From assembly GCF_051903065.1 (NCBI RefSeq), contig NZ_CP178438.1: a DNA stretch of 64,000 bases; one strand, given 5' to 3'. Source of the DNA: Escherichia coli (GTDB lineage: Bacteria; Pseudomonadota; Gammaproteobacteria; Enterobacterales; Enterobacteriaceae). The position numbers were made by a program, and so were the translations under genes. Under the pieces are notes generated by a model. The model did no database searches. It worked only from the letters and a program-made list of their open reading frames with translations, and had not been told where the DNA came from. Numbering within the stretch: position 1 is the stretch's first letter; every line of letters starts with the position of its first letter. Shown here in pieces: positions 44,261-57,770 of this stretch.

Positions 44261-45409
44261 ATGCGTATTTTTCTCTTACTTCTGATGCTATGCAGTTTTC
44301 AGGTATTCGCTGAACGATTGCCTTCAGTGAATGACTTAACCGGGACATTAACGACAGAAGAACAAAGTGTTTTAAATCAACAATTAAAGACTCTCGAGCA
44401 GCAAAACCACTTCCAGGTGGCCGTGTTAGTTACGCCAACCACAGGGGGCAAAAACATTAAACTTGCAGCCTCGCAGAGCTACGGGTTATATCACTGGAAA
44501 CCCATTGGAGAGAAGCGATACGGCGAAGGTATCTTAATTCTCGTCGTTTGGCCGGAAGGGCTGGCGTCAATGAAGATTGGACATGGACTGGAAGAGATGT
44601 TGCCGCCGGAACAAGCTGCGCAAATTGTTCGTTACCATATGCAGCCAGAATTCGAAAAAAACAATCTCTTTGCTGGATTAACGGGCGGAATTGAAAGCAT
44701 CGCACAGTTTACCCATATCAAAGCGAACCTTAGCCCTTTGGATGCTTTAGCCAATCATCTGTTTGCTAATCCGCAACGTTCGCTGCCATGTCTTGCCTGG
44801 ACACTGCTGATGATCGTTGCCATCGTTGTCCTCTGGCGATTTGCCAGCCGCCCACGGCGTGGCATATGGATGATATCGATGATTACCCCTATGGTCTGGT
44901 TTTTCTCCTTTCAGGACGATGTCATCATTCGGCGGGTATCGGTCGTTTGTTTTAGTTTATTGTTAGCAACAACCTGCAAGCAGCGTCTCGCGGTAGTTTT
45001 TAATATGTGCCGCGTATTTCCTATGATGCTGACCCCAAAAAATAAAAACTCTAAAGTGAAAAAACAAAAGAAGACTCCGCAGGTTCGTGAATCAGGACGA
45101 AATTCATTGTTTGTCGTGATGCTAATAATTATTGTGGGATGGTGCCTGGTGTTCGCCAGTAATAAAAATATTGCATTCATCTCAACAATTATTGGGTTAA
45201 TTGATCATTTTATCGGCCCAATAACCATTGCTGGCATCGTTCTGCTGATCATTGTGGCCAAATTTACTGGCAATCTTAAGCTGGGGTCAGGAGAAAAAAG
45301 CAACAGGAAAACGGGGAATCGTAATGCTCACTCTCGCTCTTCGTCGAGAAATTCTTTCCGCGGTGGTGGCGGTTCTTCAGGAGGCGGCGGTTCATCCGGC
45401 CGTTGGTGA
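44261..45409 (+). CDS. TPM-domain membrane protein, paralog 2 (divergent, extended membrane region)
   Basis: 382-aa ORF MRIFLLLLMLCSFQVFA...; same architecture with additional TM segments and a Lys-rich insert; tail GGGGSSGGGGSSGRW. Confidence 0.75.
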   Translation: MRIFLLLLMLCSFQVFAERLPSVNDLTGTLTTEEQSVLNQQLKTLEQQNHFQVAVLVTPTTGGKNIKLAASQSYGLYHWKPIGEKRYGEGILILVVWPEGLASMKIGHGLEEMLPPEQAAQIVRYHMQPEFEKNNLFAGLTGGIESIAQFTHIKANLSPLDALANHLFANPQRSLPCLAWTLLMIVAIVVLWRFASRPRRGIWMISMITPMVWFFSFQDDVIIRRVSVVCFSLLLATTCKQRLAVVFNMCRVFPMMLTPKNKNSKVKKQKKTPQVRESGRNSLFVVMLIIIVGWCLVFASNKNIAFISTIIGLIDHFIGPITIAGIVLLIIVAKFTGNLKLGSGEKSNRKTGNRNAHSRSSSRNSFRGGGGSSGGGGSSGRW

Positions 45410-45414
45410 TCGTA

Positions 45415-46308
45415 ATGCGCTTAATCTTTATTCTATTCACTTTGTGGTGCCTTCCTGGGCTTGCCCAGCAAATTGCTGTGCCGGAACTGCGCCAACAGGT
45501 GACCGATATTACTGGTACGTTAAGCACTTCTGAACAACAATCACTGACACAGCAACTGCAGGATATTACACATAAAACACGGGCGCAGGTCGCTGTATTA
45601 GTAGTGCCGTCCACCGGAGACGATTCCATTGAACAATATGCAACACGCGTTTTTGATAGCTGGAAACTGGGAGATAAGCAGAGAAACGATGGTATTTTAC
45701 TTCTGGTTGCCTGGGAGGATCATGCTGTTCGTATTGAGGTTGGCTACGGGCTGGAAGGGATGGTTACCGACCTGCAAGCGGCGAAAATTATCAGGGATAT
45801 ATTGATCCCTGCCTTCAAAAGTGATGACCTGATGGGTGGATTAACACTGGCAAGCGAAAATATCGGCGCGCTTCTGTTGAATGGTGAATTATCGGAAGAC
45901 AAGGGGGATTATTACAGTATCAATCCCCCTATTCCATTATCGCTTGCTGTAATTATATTGCTGGCGGTACTTTCATATTTTATTGTTTTTACCGATCCGT
46001 CGAATTTACCCTGGATCACTCTCACTGGCGCCATTTACGGGATGGTATTCCTCTATGTTGCCGAGCCAGGACCATGGACCAATTTAATCGTTGCCTGCGG
46101 TATGTTAACACCTTTTGCGATCGTGACGCTGGTTATTTTTTGGCTTATCGTTAATAAAAAGCTACGCGCCAAATACAAAAAACTCAGTAAAGAAAGAGCT
46201 TCAAGAAAAGGTTCTTCTTCATCCTCTTCCGGTGGAGGCTCAAGTGGCGGCGGATTTAGCGGCGGGGGCGGTTCTTCTGGCGGTGGCGGCGCGTCCGGTC
46301 GCTGGTAA
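45415..46308 (+). CDS. TPM-domain membrane protein, paralog 3
   Basis: Start at ATG 45415 (MRLIFILFTLWCLPGLA); close to paralog 1 in the TPM domain (VAVLVVPSTGDDSIEQYATRVFDSWK); tail GGGGSSGGGGASGRW. Confidence 0.8.
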   Translation: MRLIFILFTLWCLPGLAQQIAVPELRQQVTDITGTLSTSEQQSLTQQLQDITHKTRAQVAVLVVPSTGDDSIEQYATRVFDSWKLGDKQRNDGILLLVAWEDHAVRIEVGYGLEGMVTDLQAAKIIRDILIPAFKSDDLMGGLTLASENIGALLLNGELSEDKGDYYSINPPIPLSLAVIILLAVLSYFIVFTDPSNLPWITLTGAIYGMVFLYVAEPGPWTNLIVACGMLTPFAIVTLVIFWLIVNKKLRAKYKKLSKERASRKGSSSSSSGGGSSGGGFSGGGGSSGGGGASGRW

Positions 46309-46312
46309 CTCA

Positions 46313-46350
46313 ACCATAAAAAACGCCAGCCCGGAGGCTGGCATTTTTAA
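46313..46350. terminator. Bidirectional intrinsic terminator between the TPM operon and eno
   Basis: AAAAAACGCCAGCCCGGAGGCTGGCATTTTTAAA: GC-rich hairpin flanked by an A-run and a T-run. Confidence 0.7.
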
Positions 46351-46367
46351 ATCAGATAAAGTCAGTC

Positions 46368-47681
<1,314 letters not shown>

Positions 47682-47753
47682 TCACTAGTTAAACTGAAAC
47701 TCCAGACAAACAACGCGTACCCAGGGTACGCGTTGCCGTTCTAACTTTTTTAC

Positions 47754-49406
<1,653 letters not shown>

Positions 49407-49618
49407 TTAGGTTGAAAAGACGATGGAATAACCAGGACGGGAAAGCAGTATACCCGAACATGACCTGTGCCACAAACTTTCATTATCCCTCCTCTTCGCC
49501 AGCGCACTATTGAAATCAGGAGTGAGAAAATAGCCCCTTTGGGGTAAATGTTTTTGACGCAAATCAAGCGCTTGTCATTTAAAAAATGACACAAATGGCG
49601 CTTGACCGCGTAATTCCC

Positions 49619-50410
49619 TTAGAGATCAATTTCCTGCCGTTTTACCTGTTGCCAGACTTCTTCCATTGTTTCGAGGTCAACACCTGTCATTTCCAGTCCA
49701 CGCGCGGCAACAATACGCTCCACTTCGCGAAAACGACGCTCGAATTTTTCGTTCGCTTTTTGCAATGCGATTTCTGCTTTCGTCCCTAAATGGCGAGCCA
49801 GATTAACCGTGGCAAACAGCAGGTCGCCCATTTCCTCCTCCAGTTTAGCCTGGTCGATAACAGCCTGCCGTGCCTCGTACATCACCTCGTCGATCTCTTC
49901 GTAGACTTTATCGACTACCGGACCAAGCGTCGTCCAGTCGAAGCCAACGTTGGCGCAACGTTTCTGGATTTTTTGCGCACGCATTAAAGCCGGTAAACTA
50001 CGAGGAATATCGTCCAGCGCCGAATGCTGCGCTTTCTGCGCGCGCTCTTCGGTTTTGATTTGCTCCCAACGGGCAAGCACTTCACTACTGTTTTCGGCAG
50101 AACTGTCAGCAAAAACATGCGGATGGCGACGCTCTAATTTATCGCTAATAGCAGCGCAAATATCATTAAAGTCAAAGCGCCCTTCTTCCTGAGCCATTTG
50201 CGCGTAAAACACCACCTGGAATAGCAGATCGCCCAGTTCACCGCGCAGATCGTCAAAATCTTCACGGGCGATGGCGTCCAGCACTTCGTAGGTTTCTTCA
50301 AGGGTGTAAGGCGCAATGGTGGCAAATGTCTGCTCTTTATCCCACGGGCAGCCGTTTTCCGGATCGCGCAGGCGCTGCATAATAGTGAGCAAACGGTCGA
50401 TTTGATTCAT
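49619..50410 (-). CDS. mazG: Nucleoside triphosphate pyrophosphohydrolase MazG
   Basis: 263-aa ORF. Confidence 0.95.
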   Translation of the reverse strand: MNQIDRLLTIMQRLRDPENGCPWDKEQTFATIAPYTLEETYEVLDAIAREDFDDLRGELGDLLFQVVFYAQMAQEEGRFDFNDICAAISDKLERRHPHVFADSSAENSSEVLARWEQIKTEERAQKAQHSALDDIPRSLPALMRAQKIQKRCANVGFDWTTLGPVVDKVYEEIDEVMYEARQAVIDQAKLEEEMGDLLFATVNLARHLGTKAEIALQKANEKFERRFREVERIVAARGLEMTGVDLETMEEVWQQVKRQEIDL

Positions 50411-50480
50411 TAGAATGTCCTGAAAATTGCGGGTCCGTCAGGTGGAAACCTGTGACCAGAATAGAAGTGAGTTAGTAACA

Positions 50481-50816
50481 CTACCCAATCAGTACGTTAA
50501 TTTTGGCTTTAATGAGTTGTAATTCCTCTGGGGCAACCGTTCCTTTCTTCGTTGCTCCTCTTGCCCGCCAGGCGATACTTTTTACCTGATCAGCTAACGC
50601 TACGCCATCACGTTCCTGACCGGATAAAACAACTTCGAACGGATATCCTTTTGATTGCGTTGTACAAGGAACACACAGACACATACCTGTTTTGTTGTTG
50701 TACATGAACGGACTCAGGACAACAGCCGGACGATGTCCGGCTTGCTCGCTACCTTTTGTCGGGTCAAAATCAACCCAAATCAGATCGCCCATATCGGGTA
50801 CGTATCGGCTTACCAT
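50481..50816 (-). CDS. mazF: Type II toxin MazF (mRNA interferase)
   Basis: 111-aa [39 protein letters not shown]... Confidence 0.97.
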   Translation of the reverse strand: MVSRYVPDMGDLIWVDFDPTKGSEQAGHRPAVVLSPFMYNNKTGMCLCVPCTTQSKGYPFEVVLSGQERDGVALADQVKSIAWRARGATKKGTVAPEELQLIKAKINVLIG

Positions 50817-51064
50817 TACCAGACTTCCTTATCTTTCGGCTCTCCCCAGTCGATATTCTCGTGGAGGTTTTCCGGCGTGATGTCGTTGACCAGTTCAGCA
50901 AGCGTAAATACGGGCTCTTTACGCACTGGCTCAATAATTAATTTGCCATCCACCAGGTCAATCTTCACTTCATCATCAATATTCAGATTGAGCGCCTGCA
51001 TTAACGTAGCCGGGATCCGCACCGCCGGTGAATTTCCCCAACGCTTTACGCTACTGTGGATCAT
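50816..51064 (-). CDS. mazE: Type II antitoxin MazE
   Basis: 82-aa [30 protein letters not shown]...; stop overlaps mazF start. Confidence 0.97.
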
Positions 51065-51087
51065 AACCCTTTCCTCAAACCGCTATC

Positions 51088-51128
51088 ATATGTAGATACA
51101 GTATATATCAATCTACATTGTAGATACG
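51088..51128 (-). promoter_or_regulatory. mazEF promoter/operator region with palindromic repeats
   Basis: ATGTAGATACAGTATATATCAATCTACATTGTAGATAC: TGTAGAT / ATCTACA inverted repeats just upstream of mazE. Confidence 0.45.
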
Positions 51129-51141
51129 AGCAAGTTTCGGC

Positions 51142-53376
51142 CTAACTCCCGTGCAACCGACGCGCGTCGATAACATCCGGCACCTGGTTCAGTTTACCCA
51201 GCACGCGACCCAGCACTTGCAGGTTGTAAATCTCAATGGTCATGTCGATGGTCGCCAGTTGCTGTTTGGTGTCGCTACGGCTGGCAACGCCAAGCACGTT
51301 CACTTTCTCATTGGCGAGAATGGTCGTGATATCACGTAACAACCCACTACGATCATTAGCCACCACGCGGACCACCAGCGAATATCCGGCGGAGTAGCTC
51401 TCGCCCCATACCGCGTCAACAATGCGTTCTGGCGCATGGGAGCGCAGTTCCGCCAGTTGTTCGCAATCGGCGCGGTGTACTGAAATACCGCGTCCCTGGG
51501 TAATGAAGCCGACAATCTCATCTCCAGGAATCGGCTGGCAGCAGCGCGCGATGTGGTGCATCAGGTTACCGACACCTTCAACCACCACACGACCGTTATC
51601 TTTACTGCGGTTTTGCGGCGTGTAGCTTTTTTGCTGAAGTTGCTTCAGCGCGGCGGCGTCCTGCTCTTCGGCACTCGGCTTATTAAATTGCGATTGCAGG
51701 AAGTTCACCATCTGATTGAGACGGATATCCCCGCCACCAATCGCCGCCAGCAACTCGTCGACATCATTGAAGTTGTAACGCGGCAGCAGATGTTTTTCTG
51801 CTTCTTTCAGGCTGATCCCCAGATGTTCCAGCTCGTCGTCAAGGATTTGCCGCCCAGCCAGAATGTTTTTGTCACGGTCCTGTTTACGGAACCAGGCGTG
51901 AATTTTCGAACGCCCACGGCTGGTTGTGACGTAACCGAGGTTTGGGTTTAACCAGTCACGGCTGGGGTTCGGCTGTTTCTGGGTGATAATTTCAATCTGG
52001 TCGCCCATTTGCAGCTGGTAGGTGAACGGCACAATGCGCCCGCCAATTTTTGCCCCGATGCAGCGGTGTCCGACATCACTGTGGATGTGGTAAGCGAAGT
52101 CCAGCGGCGTTGATCCCGCAGGCAAATCAACGACATCACCTTTCGGCGTAAAGACATACACCCGGTCGTCAAACACCTGACTACGTACTTCGTCGAGCAT
52201 TTCGCCGGAATCAGCCATCTCTTCCTGCCACGCAATCAGTTTACGCAGCCAGGCAATCCGGTCTTCATGTCCCGAACGTGCGCCGCCAGCAGCCGCGCCC
52301 TCTTTATATTTCCAGTGCGCAGCAACACCCAACTCTGCATCTTCATGCATCTGTTTGGTGCGGATTTGGATCTCAACGGTTTTTCCACCCGGCCCCAGAA
52401 CCACGGTATGAATAGACTGATAACCGTTTGGTTTCGGGTTAGCGACGTAATCGTCAAACTCATCCGGCAGGTGGCGATAGTGAGTGTGCACTATCCCCAG
52501 TGCGGCATAACAATCCTGTAAACGCTCGGCGACAATACGTACCGCACGCACATCAAACAGCTCATCGAAGGCGAGGTTCTTTTTCTGCATTTTGCGCCAG
52601 ATGCTGTAGATGTGTTTCGGACGACCATACACTTCAGCTTTAACGCCTTCAGCTTTCATCTCAGCGCGCAGATGACCGACAAACTCTTCGATATAGTGTT
52701 CGCGGTCGAGACGGCGTTCATGCAACAGTTTTGCGATGCGTTTGTATTCGGTCGGGTGGAGATAACGGAAGCAGTAATCTTCCAGCTCCCATTTCAGTTG
52801 CCCAATCCCAAGACGGTTTGCCAACGGCGCGTAGATATTGGTGCACTCTTTTGCCGCCAGTACGCGTTCATCTTCCGGCGCATCTTTTACTTCACGCAGA
52901 TGAGCAATACGCTCCGCCAGTTTGATGACCACGCAGCGAAAATCATCGACCATCGCCAATAACATCCGGCGAACGTTATCGACCTGTTCGGAGGAAACAG
53001 AATCAGTGTGCGTCGCTTTCAGCTGGCGGATCGCCGCCATATCACGCACGCCGTGAATAAGGTTAACGACCGACTTACCGACGCTCTCACGCAGCACATC
53101 TTCGCTGACTACGTTGGCATCGGCCAGAGGGAACAGCAGCGCCGCCCGCAGCGTGTCAATATCCATACTTAATGTCGAGAGGATCTCCACCATCTCAACA
53201 CCACGCCACAATAACAGACTGGCATCCGGATGCCCCTGCGTCTGCTGCAGACAATACGCCCAGGTTTCGGCTAAGCACTCACACGACTTCTGGCTGGTAA
53301 TACCCAGACTTGCGATCCATTTTTCCGGATCAAATTCACCAGCCTTATTGATATGTGCACTTCTTACCGCAACCAT
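51142..53376 (-). CDS. relA: GTP pyrophosphokinase ((p)ppGpp synthetase I)
   Basis: 744-aa ORF. Confidence 0.98.
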   Translation of the reverse strand: MVAVRSAHINKAGEFDPEKWIASLGITSQKSCECLAETWAYCLQQTQGHPDASLLLWRGVEMVEILSTLSMDIDTLRAALLFPLADANVVSEDVLRESVGKSVVNLIHGVRDMAAIRQLKATHTDSVSSEQVDNVRRMLLAMVDDFRCVVIKLAERIAHLREVKDAPEDERVLAAKECTNIYAPLANRLGIGQLKWELEDYCFRYLHPTEYKRIAKLLHERRLDREHYIEEFVGHLRAEMKAEGVKAEVYGRPKHIYSIWRKMQKKNLAFDELFDVRAVRIVAERLQDCYAALGIVHTHYRHLPDEFDDYVANPKPNGYQSIHTVVLGPGGKTVEIQIRTKQMHEDAELGVAAHWKYKEGAAAGGARSGHEDRIAWLRKLIAWQEEMADSGEMLDEVRSQVFDDRVYVFTPKGDVVDLPAGSTPLDFAYHIHSDVGHRCIGAKIGGRIVPFTYQLQMGDQIEIITQKQPNPSRDWLNPNLGYVTTSRGRSKIHAWFRKQDRDKNILAGRQILDDELEHLGISLKEAEKHLLPRYNFNDVDELLAAIGGGDIRLNQMVNFLQSQFNKPSAEEQDAAALKQLQQKSYTPQNRSKDNGRVVVEGVGNLMHHIARCCQPIPGDEIVGFITQGRGISVHRADCEQLAELRSHAPERIVDAVWGESYSAGYSLVVRVVANDRSGLLRDITTILANEKVNVLGVASRSDTKQQLATIDMTIEIYNLQVLGRVLGKLNQVPDVIDARRLHGS

Positions 53377-53423
53377 CGTCCTCTCCTTTAGGGACCAGAC
53401 CTGCCGAAATCGGCAAATCGTAA

Positions 53424-54725
53424 CTATTTAACGCGCGAGAAAAGTACCATCGATTCCAGATGTCCCGTGTGTGGGAACATATCCAGCATCGCCAGTCGCG
53501 CAATGGTATATCCTGCTTTTAATAACGCTTCGCTATCCCGAGCCAGCGTTGCAGGGTTACAGGATACATAAACTATACGAATAGGTTCCAGTTTTATAAT
53601 TTGCTGCATAACACCTGCGGCACCTGCTCGCGCCGGGTCCAGCAACACTTTATCGAAGCCGTTTTTCGCCCACGGCTGCTTTGTGACATCTTCTTCAAGA
53701 TTTTCGTGATAAAACGTCACATTCTGTAAGCCATTAAGACGCGCATTCTGCTGGCCTTTTTCCACCAGCGCCGGAACACCTTCTACACCCACGACACTGG
53801 CTGCTTGTGTCGCCAATGGCAGTGTAAAGTTGCCCATACCGCAGAACAGATCCAGTACGCGATCTTCAGGTTGCACATCCAGCCATTCCAACGCACGCGC
53901 TTCCATTTTTTGGTTCACACCCGCATTGACCTGAATAAAATCGCGCGGGCTAAAAGTTAAGCGCAACCCGTTTGAGTCATACCAGGGCATCTCACCAGAG
54001 ACGGTTTCGAGTATCTCACTATCGGGGGCGAGATACAGATCCAGGCCTTCAGAATGCGAAAAGCGTTCCAGTTTTTCGCGATCTGCCGAACTTAGCGGTG
54101 CGGTATGGCGCAAAATCATCAGCGTGCCGCTGGTTGCCTGTACTAGTTCAACATGACCAAGATGGCGCATAGCTTGTAAGCTGCCCAGGCATGCCCTGAC
54201 TTTGGGCAGCAATGCTTCAAGTTGGGGCACTAAAATGGGGCATTGTTTAACGTCGACAATGTCACTGGAGCCCGCTTTGCGAAACCCCATCTGAAGTTGC
54301 TGTGTTTTCGGTAAGTAGTTCAGACTTAAACGCGCGCGACGGCGATAGCCCCAGGGAACATCGGCGATCACTTCAGAGACTTCGTGTTTCATTAATCGGG
54401 CGAGTGCCGCACTTTTGCTTCGCTGCTGTAAATCCACGCTGGCGTGTTGTTGCTGACAGCCGCCGCATACGCCAAAATGAGGACAGCGTGGCGTTTCGCG
54501 TTCCGGGCTATCGCTTAACCGGCGTACGACTTTAGCGCGGGCATACTGTTTTTTATCTTCAGTAACAGTAACTTCCGCGTTTTCCTGCGGCAATAATCCG
54601 GGGATAAATAGCGTTTTGCCGTTATGTCGCGCCACGCCCTGACCAAAAGAGTCGAGGTCGTTGACTGAAACGGTTATGATCTGACGCGTCGTCGTGCGTC
54701 GTTTTGCAGAGTAGAATTGCGCCAT
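53424..54725 (-). CDS. rlmD: 23S rRNA (uracil1939-C5)-methyltransferase
   Basis: 433-aa ORF with TRAM and SAM-MTase regions and Fe-S Cys motif ([11 protein letters not shown]). Confidence 0.95.
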   Translation of the reverse strand: MAQFYSAKRRTTTRQIITVSVNDLDSFGQGVARHNGKTLFIPGLLPQENAEVTVTEDKKQYARAKVVRRLSDSPERETPRCPHFGVCGGCQQQHASVDLQQRSKSAALARLMKHEVSEVIADVPWGYRRRARLSLNYLPKTQQLQMGFRKAGSSDIVDVKQCPILVPQLEALLPKVRACLGSLQAMRHLGHVELVQATSGTLMILRHTAPLSSADREKLERFSHSEGLDLYLAPDSEILETVSGEMPWYDSNGLRLTFSPRDFIQVNAGVNQKMEARALEWLDVQPEDRVLDLFCGMGNFTLPLATQAASVVGVEGVPALVEKGQQNARLNGLQNVTFYHENLEEDVTKQPWAKNGFDKVLLDPARAGAAGVMQQIIKLEPIRIVYVSCNPATLARDSEALLKAGYTIARLAMLDMFPHTGHLESMVLFSRVK

Positions 54726-54781
54726 TGGCGAGACTTTCTCAATTTAACAGTGTGACCTTAATTGTCCCATAACGGAACTCC

Positions 54782-57538
54782 ATGACCAACTACAGCCTGC
54801 GCGCACGCATGATGATTCTGATCCTGGCACCGACCGTCCTTATTGGTTTATTGCTGAGTATCTTTTTCGTCGTGCATCGCTATAACGACTTGCAGCGTCA
54901 ACTGGAAGATGCCGGTGCCAGCATTATTGAGCCGCTTGCAGTTTCTACTGAATATGGCATGAGCCTGCAAAATCGCGAATCTATCGGTCAGTTAATAAGC
55001 GTACTGCATCGTCGCCATTCCGATATTGTTCGCGCGATTTCGGTTTATGATGAAAATAACCGGCTCTTTGTCACCTCCAATTTTCATCTTGATCCCTCAT
55101 CAATGCAGCTCGGCAGCAACGTGCCGTTTCCTCGCCAGCTCACTGTCACTCGTGACGGCGATATTATGATCCTCCGCACGCCGATTATTTCTGAGAGTTA
55201 CTCCCCCGACGAATCGCCCAGTAGCGATGCCAAAAATAGTCAAAATATGCTGGGATATATTGCGCTGGAGCTGGATCTTAAATCGGTTCGCTTGCAGCAA
55301 TATAAAGAGATCTTTATTTCCAGCGTGATGATGCTGTTTTGTATCGGCATTGCGCTTATTTTTGGCTGGCGCTTAATGCGCGATGTAACCGGTCCGATTC
55401 GCAACATGGTGAATACCGTCGACCGCATCCGTCGCGGGCAACTCGACAGCCGGGTGGAAGGATTTATGCTCGGCGAGCTGGATATGCTGAAAAACGGTAT
55501 CAACTCGATGGCAATGTCGCTGGCTGCTTATCACGAAGAGATGCAGCACAATATCGACCAGGCGACGTCCGATCTGCGTGAAACGCTGGAGCAGATGGAA
55601 ATTCAGAACGTTGAGTTGGATCTGGCGAAAAAGCGCGCCCAGGAAGCGGCGCGTATTAAATCCGAGTTTCTGGCAAATATGTCACACGAGCTGCGTACAC
55701 CACTGAATGGTGTTATTGGCTTTACCCGCCTGACGCTGAAAACAGAATTAACACCAACGCAGCGCGATCACCTGAATACGATTGAACGTTCGGCAAATAA
55801 TTTGCTGGCAATTATTAATGATGTTCTCGACTTCTCGAAACTGGAAGCAGGTAAGCTGATTCTGGAAAGTATTCCATTCCCACTACGCAGCACACTGGAT
55901 GAAGTCGTTACTCTGCTGGCACATTCTTCTCACGATAAAGGGTTGGAATTGACGCTCAATATTAAAAGCGACGTGCCTGATAACGTGATCGGCGACCCAC
56001 TGCGATTACAGCAAATCATCACTAACCTGGTGGGGAATGCAATTAAATTCACCGAGAATGGCAACATTGATATTCTGGTAGAAAAACGTGCGCTGAGTAA
56101 TACCAAAGTGCAGATTGAAGTGCAGATTCGGGATACCGGCATTGGTATTCCTGAACGCGATCAATCGCGCTTATTCCAGGCCTTCCGACAGGCTGATGCC
56201 AGTATTTCCCGCCGTCATGGTGGCACCGGGCTGGGGCTGGTGATTACACAAAAACTGGTTAATGAAATGGGCGGCGATATTTCGTTCCATAGCCAGCCGA
56301 ATCGCGGTTCAACTTTCTGGTTCCACATTAATCTCGATCTGAACCCGAACATTATTATTGAAGGGCCATCCACCCAGTGCCTCGCCGGTAAACGCCTGGC
56401 CTATGTCGAACCAAACTCCGCAGCAGCGCAATGCACGCTGGATATTTTAAGTGAAACGCCGCTGGAAGTGGTTTATAGCCCAACGTTCTCCGCGCTGCCT
56501 CCCGCGCATTACGACATGATGTTGTTAGGCATCGCGGTGACCTTCCGCGAGCCGTTAACAATGCAACATGAGCGATTAGCGAAAGCGGTATCGATGACCG
56601 ATTTCCTGATGCTGGCACTTCCTTGCCATGCACAAGTCAATGCTGAAAAACTCAAGCAAGATGGTATCGGCGCGTGTCTGCTGAAACCATTAACACCTAC
56701 GCGCCTGCTGCCTGCCCTGACGGAATTTTGTCATCACAAACAAAACACGCTTTTGCCTGTAACCGATGAAAGTAAGCTGGCAATGACAGTCATGGCGGTT
56801 GATGACAACCCCGCTAACCTGAAACTTATCGGCGCATTGCTGGAAGATATGGTGCAACATGTGGAACTTTGCGATAGCGGGCATCAGGCGGTTGAACGGG
56901 CGAAACAGATGCCGTTCGATTTGATCTTAATGGATATTCAAATGCCTGACATGGATGGCATTCGGGCCTGCGAGCTCATCCACCAGCTCCCCCATCAGCA
57001 ACAAACGCCGGTTATCGCGGTAACGGCGCATGCAATGGCCGGGCAAAAAGAGAAGCTGCTTGGCGCAGGGATGAGCGATTATCTGGCGAAACCGATTGAA
57101 GAAGAGCGATTGCATAATTTGTTGTTGCGCTACAAGCCTGGCAGCGGTATTTCGTCTCGCGTCGTGACGCCCGAAGTCAACGAAATTGTGGTGAACCCGA
57201 ATGCGACCCTCGACTGGCAACTGGCACTACGCCAGGCAGCAGGAAAAACCGATTTAGCGCGCGATATGCTGCAAATGTTACTCGATTTCCTGCCTGAAGT
57301 TCGCAACAAAGTTGAGGAACAGCTGGTTGGAGAAAACCCGGAAGGCCTGGTTGATTTGATTCATAAACTGCATGGCAGTTGCGGCTATAGCGGTGTGCCG
57401 CGTATGAAGAATCTCTGCCAACTGATCGAACAACAGCTACGTAGCGGTACTAAAGAAGAAGATTTGGAGCCGGAGCTGCTGGAACTGTTGGACGAGATGG
57501 ATAATGTCGCGCGCGAAGCCAGCAAAATTCTCGGGTAA
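54782..57538 (+). CDS. barA: Hybrid sensor histidine kinase BarA
   Basis: 918-aa ORF with TM/HAMP, HisKA H-box (SHELRTPLN), HATPase, receiver and HPt domains. Confidence 0.97.
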
Positions 57539-57612
57539 CGGACGTCTTGTCGAGTAGCAATCGGCTTTTTATGACGCTGGTTTCAGATTGGTGACAAAGT
57601 GCCTGTGTTTAT

Positions 57613-57708
57613 GCCGGATGCGGCGTTAACGCCTTATCCGGCCTACAAAACCAATTAAATTCAATAAATTAAAAAGCATGTAGGCCTGATAAGCGTAGCG
57701 CATCAGGC
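57613..57708. repeat. Two REP elements between barA and gudD
   Basis: GCCGGATGCGGCGTTAACGCCTTATCCGGCCTAC (57613-57646) and GTAGGCCTGATAAGCGTAGCGCATCAGGC (57680-57708). Confidence 0.75.
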
Positions 57709-57732
57709 AATTTTGTGTTTGGCATCAGTCTC

Positions 57733-57768
57733 AAACCGGCTCCAGATAGAGCCGGTTTTGGTTTTTTG
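57733..57768 (+). terminator. Intrinsic terminator (hairpin + T-run) downstream of barA, adjacent to gudD 3' end
   Basis: AAACCGGCTCCAGATAGAGCCGGTTTTGGTTTTTTGT. Confidence 0.6.
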
Positions 57769-57770
57769 TC

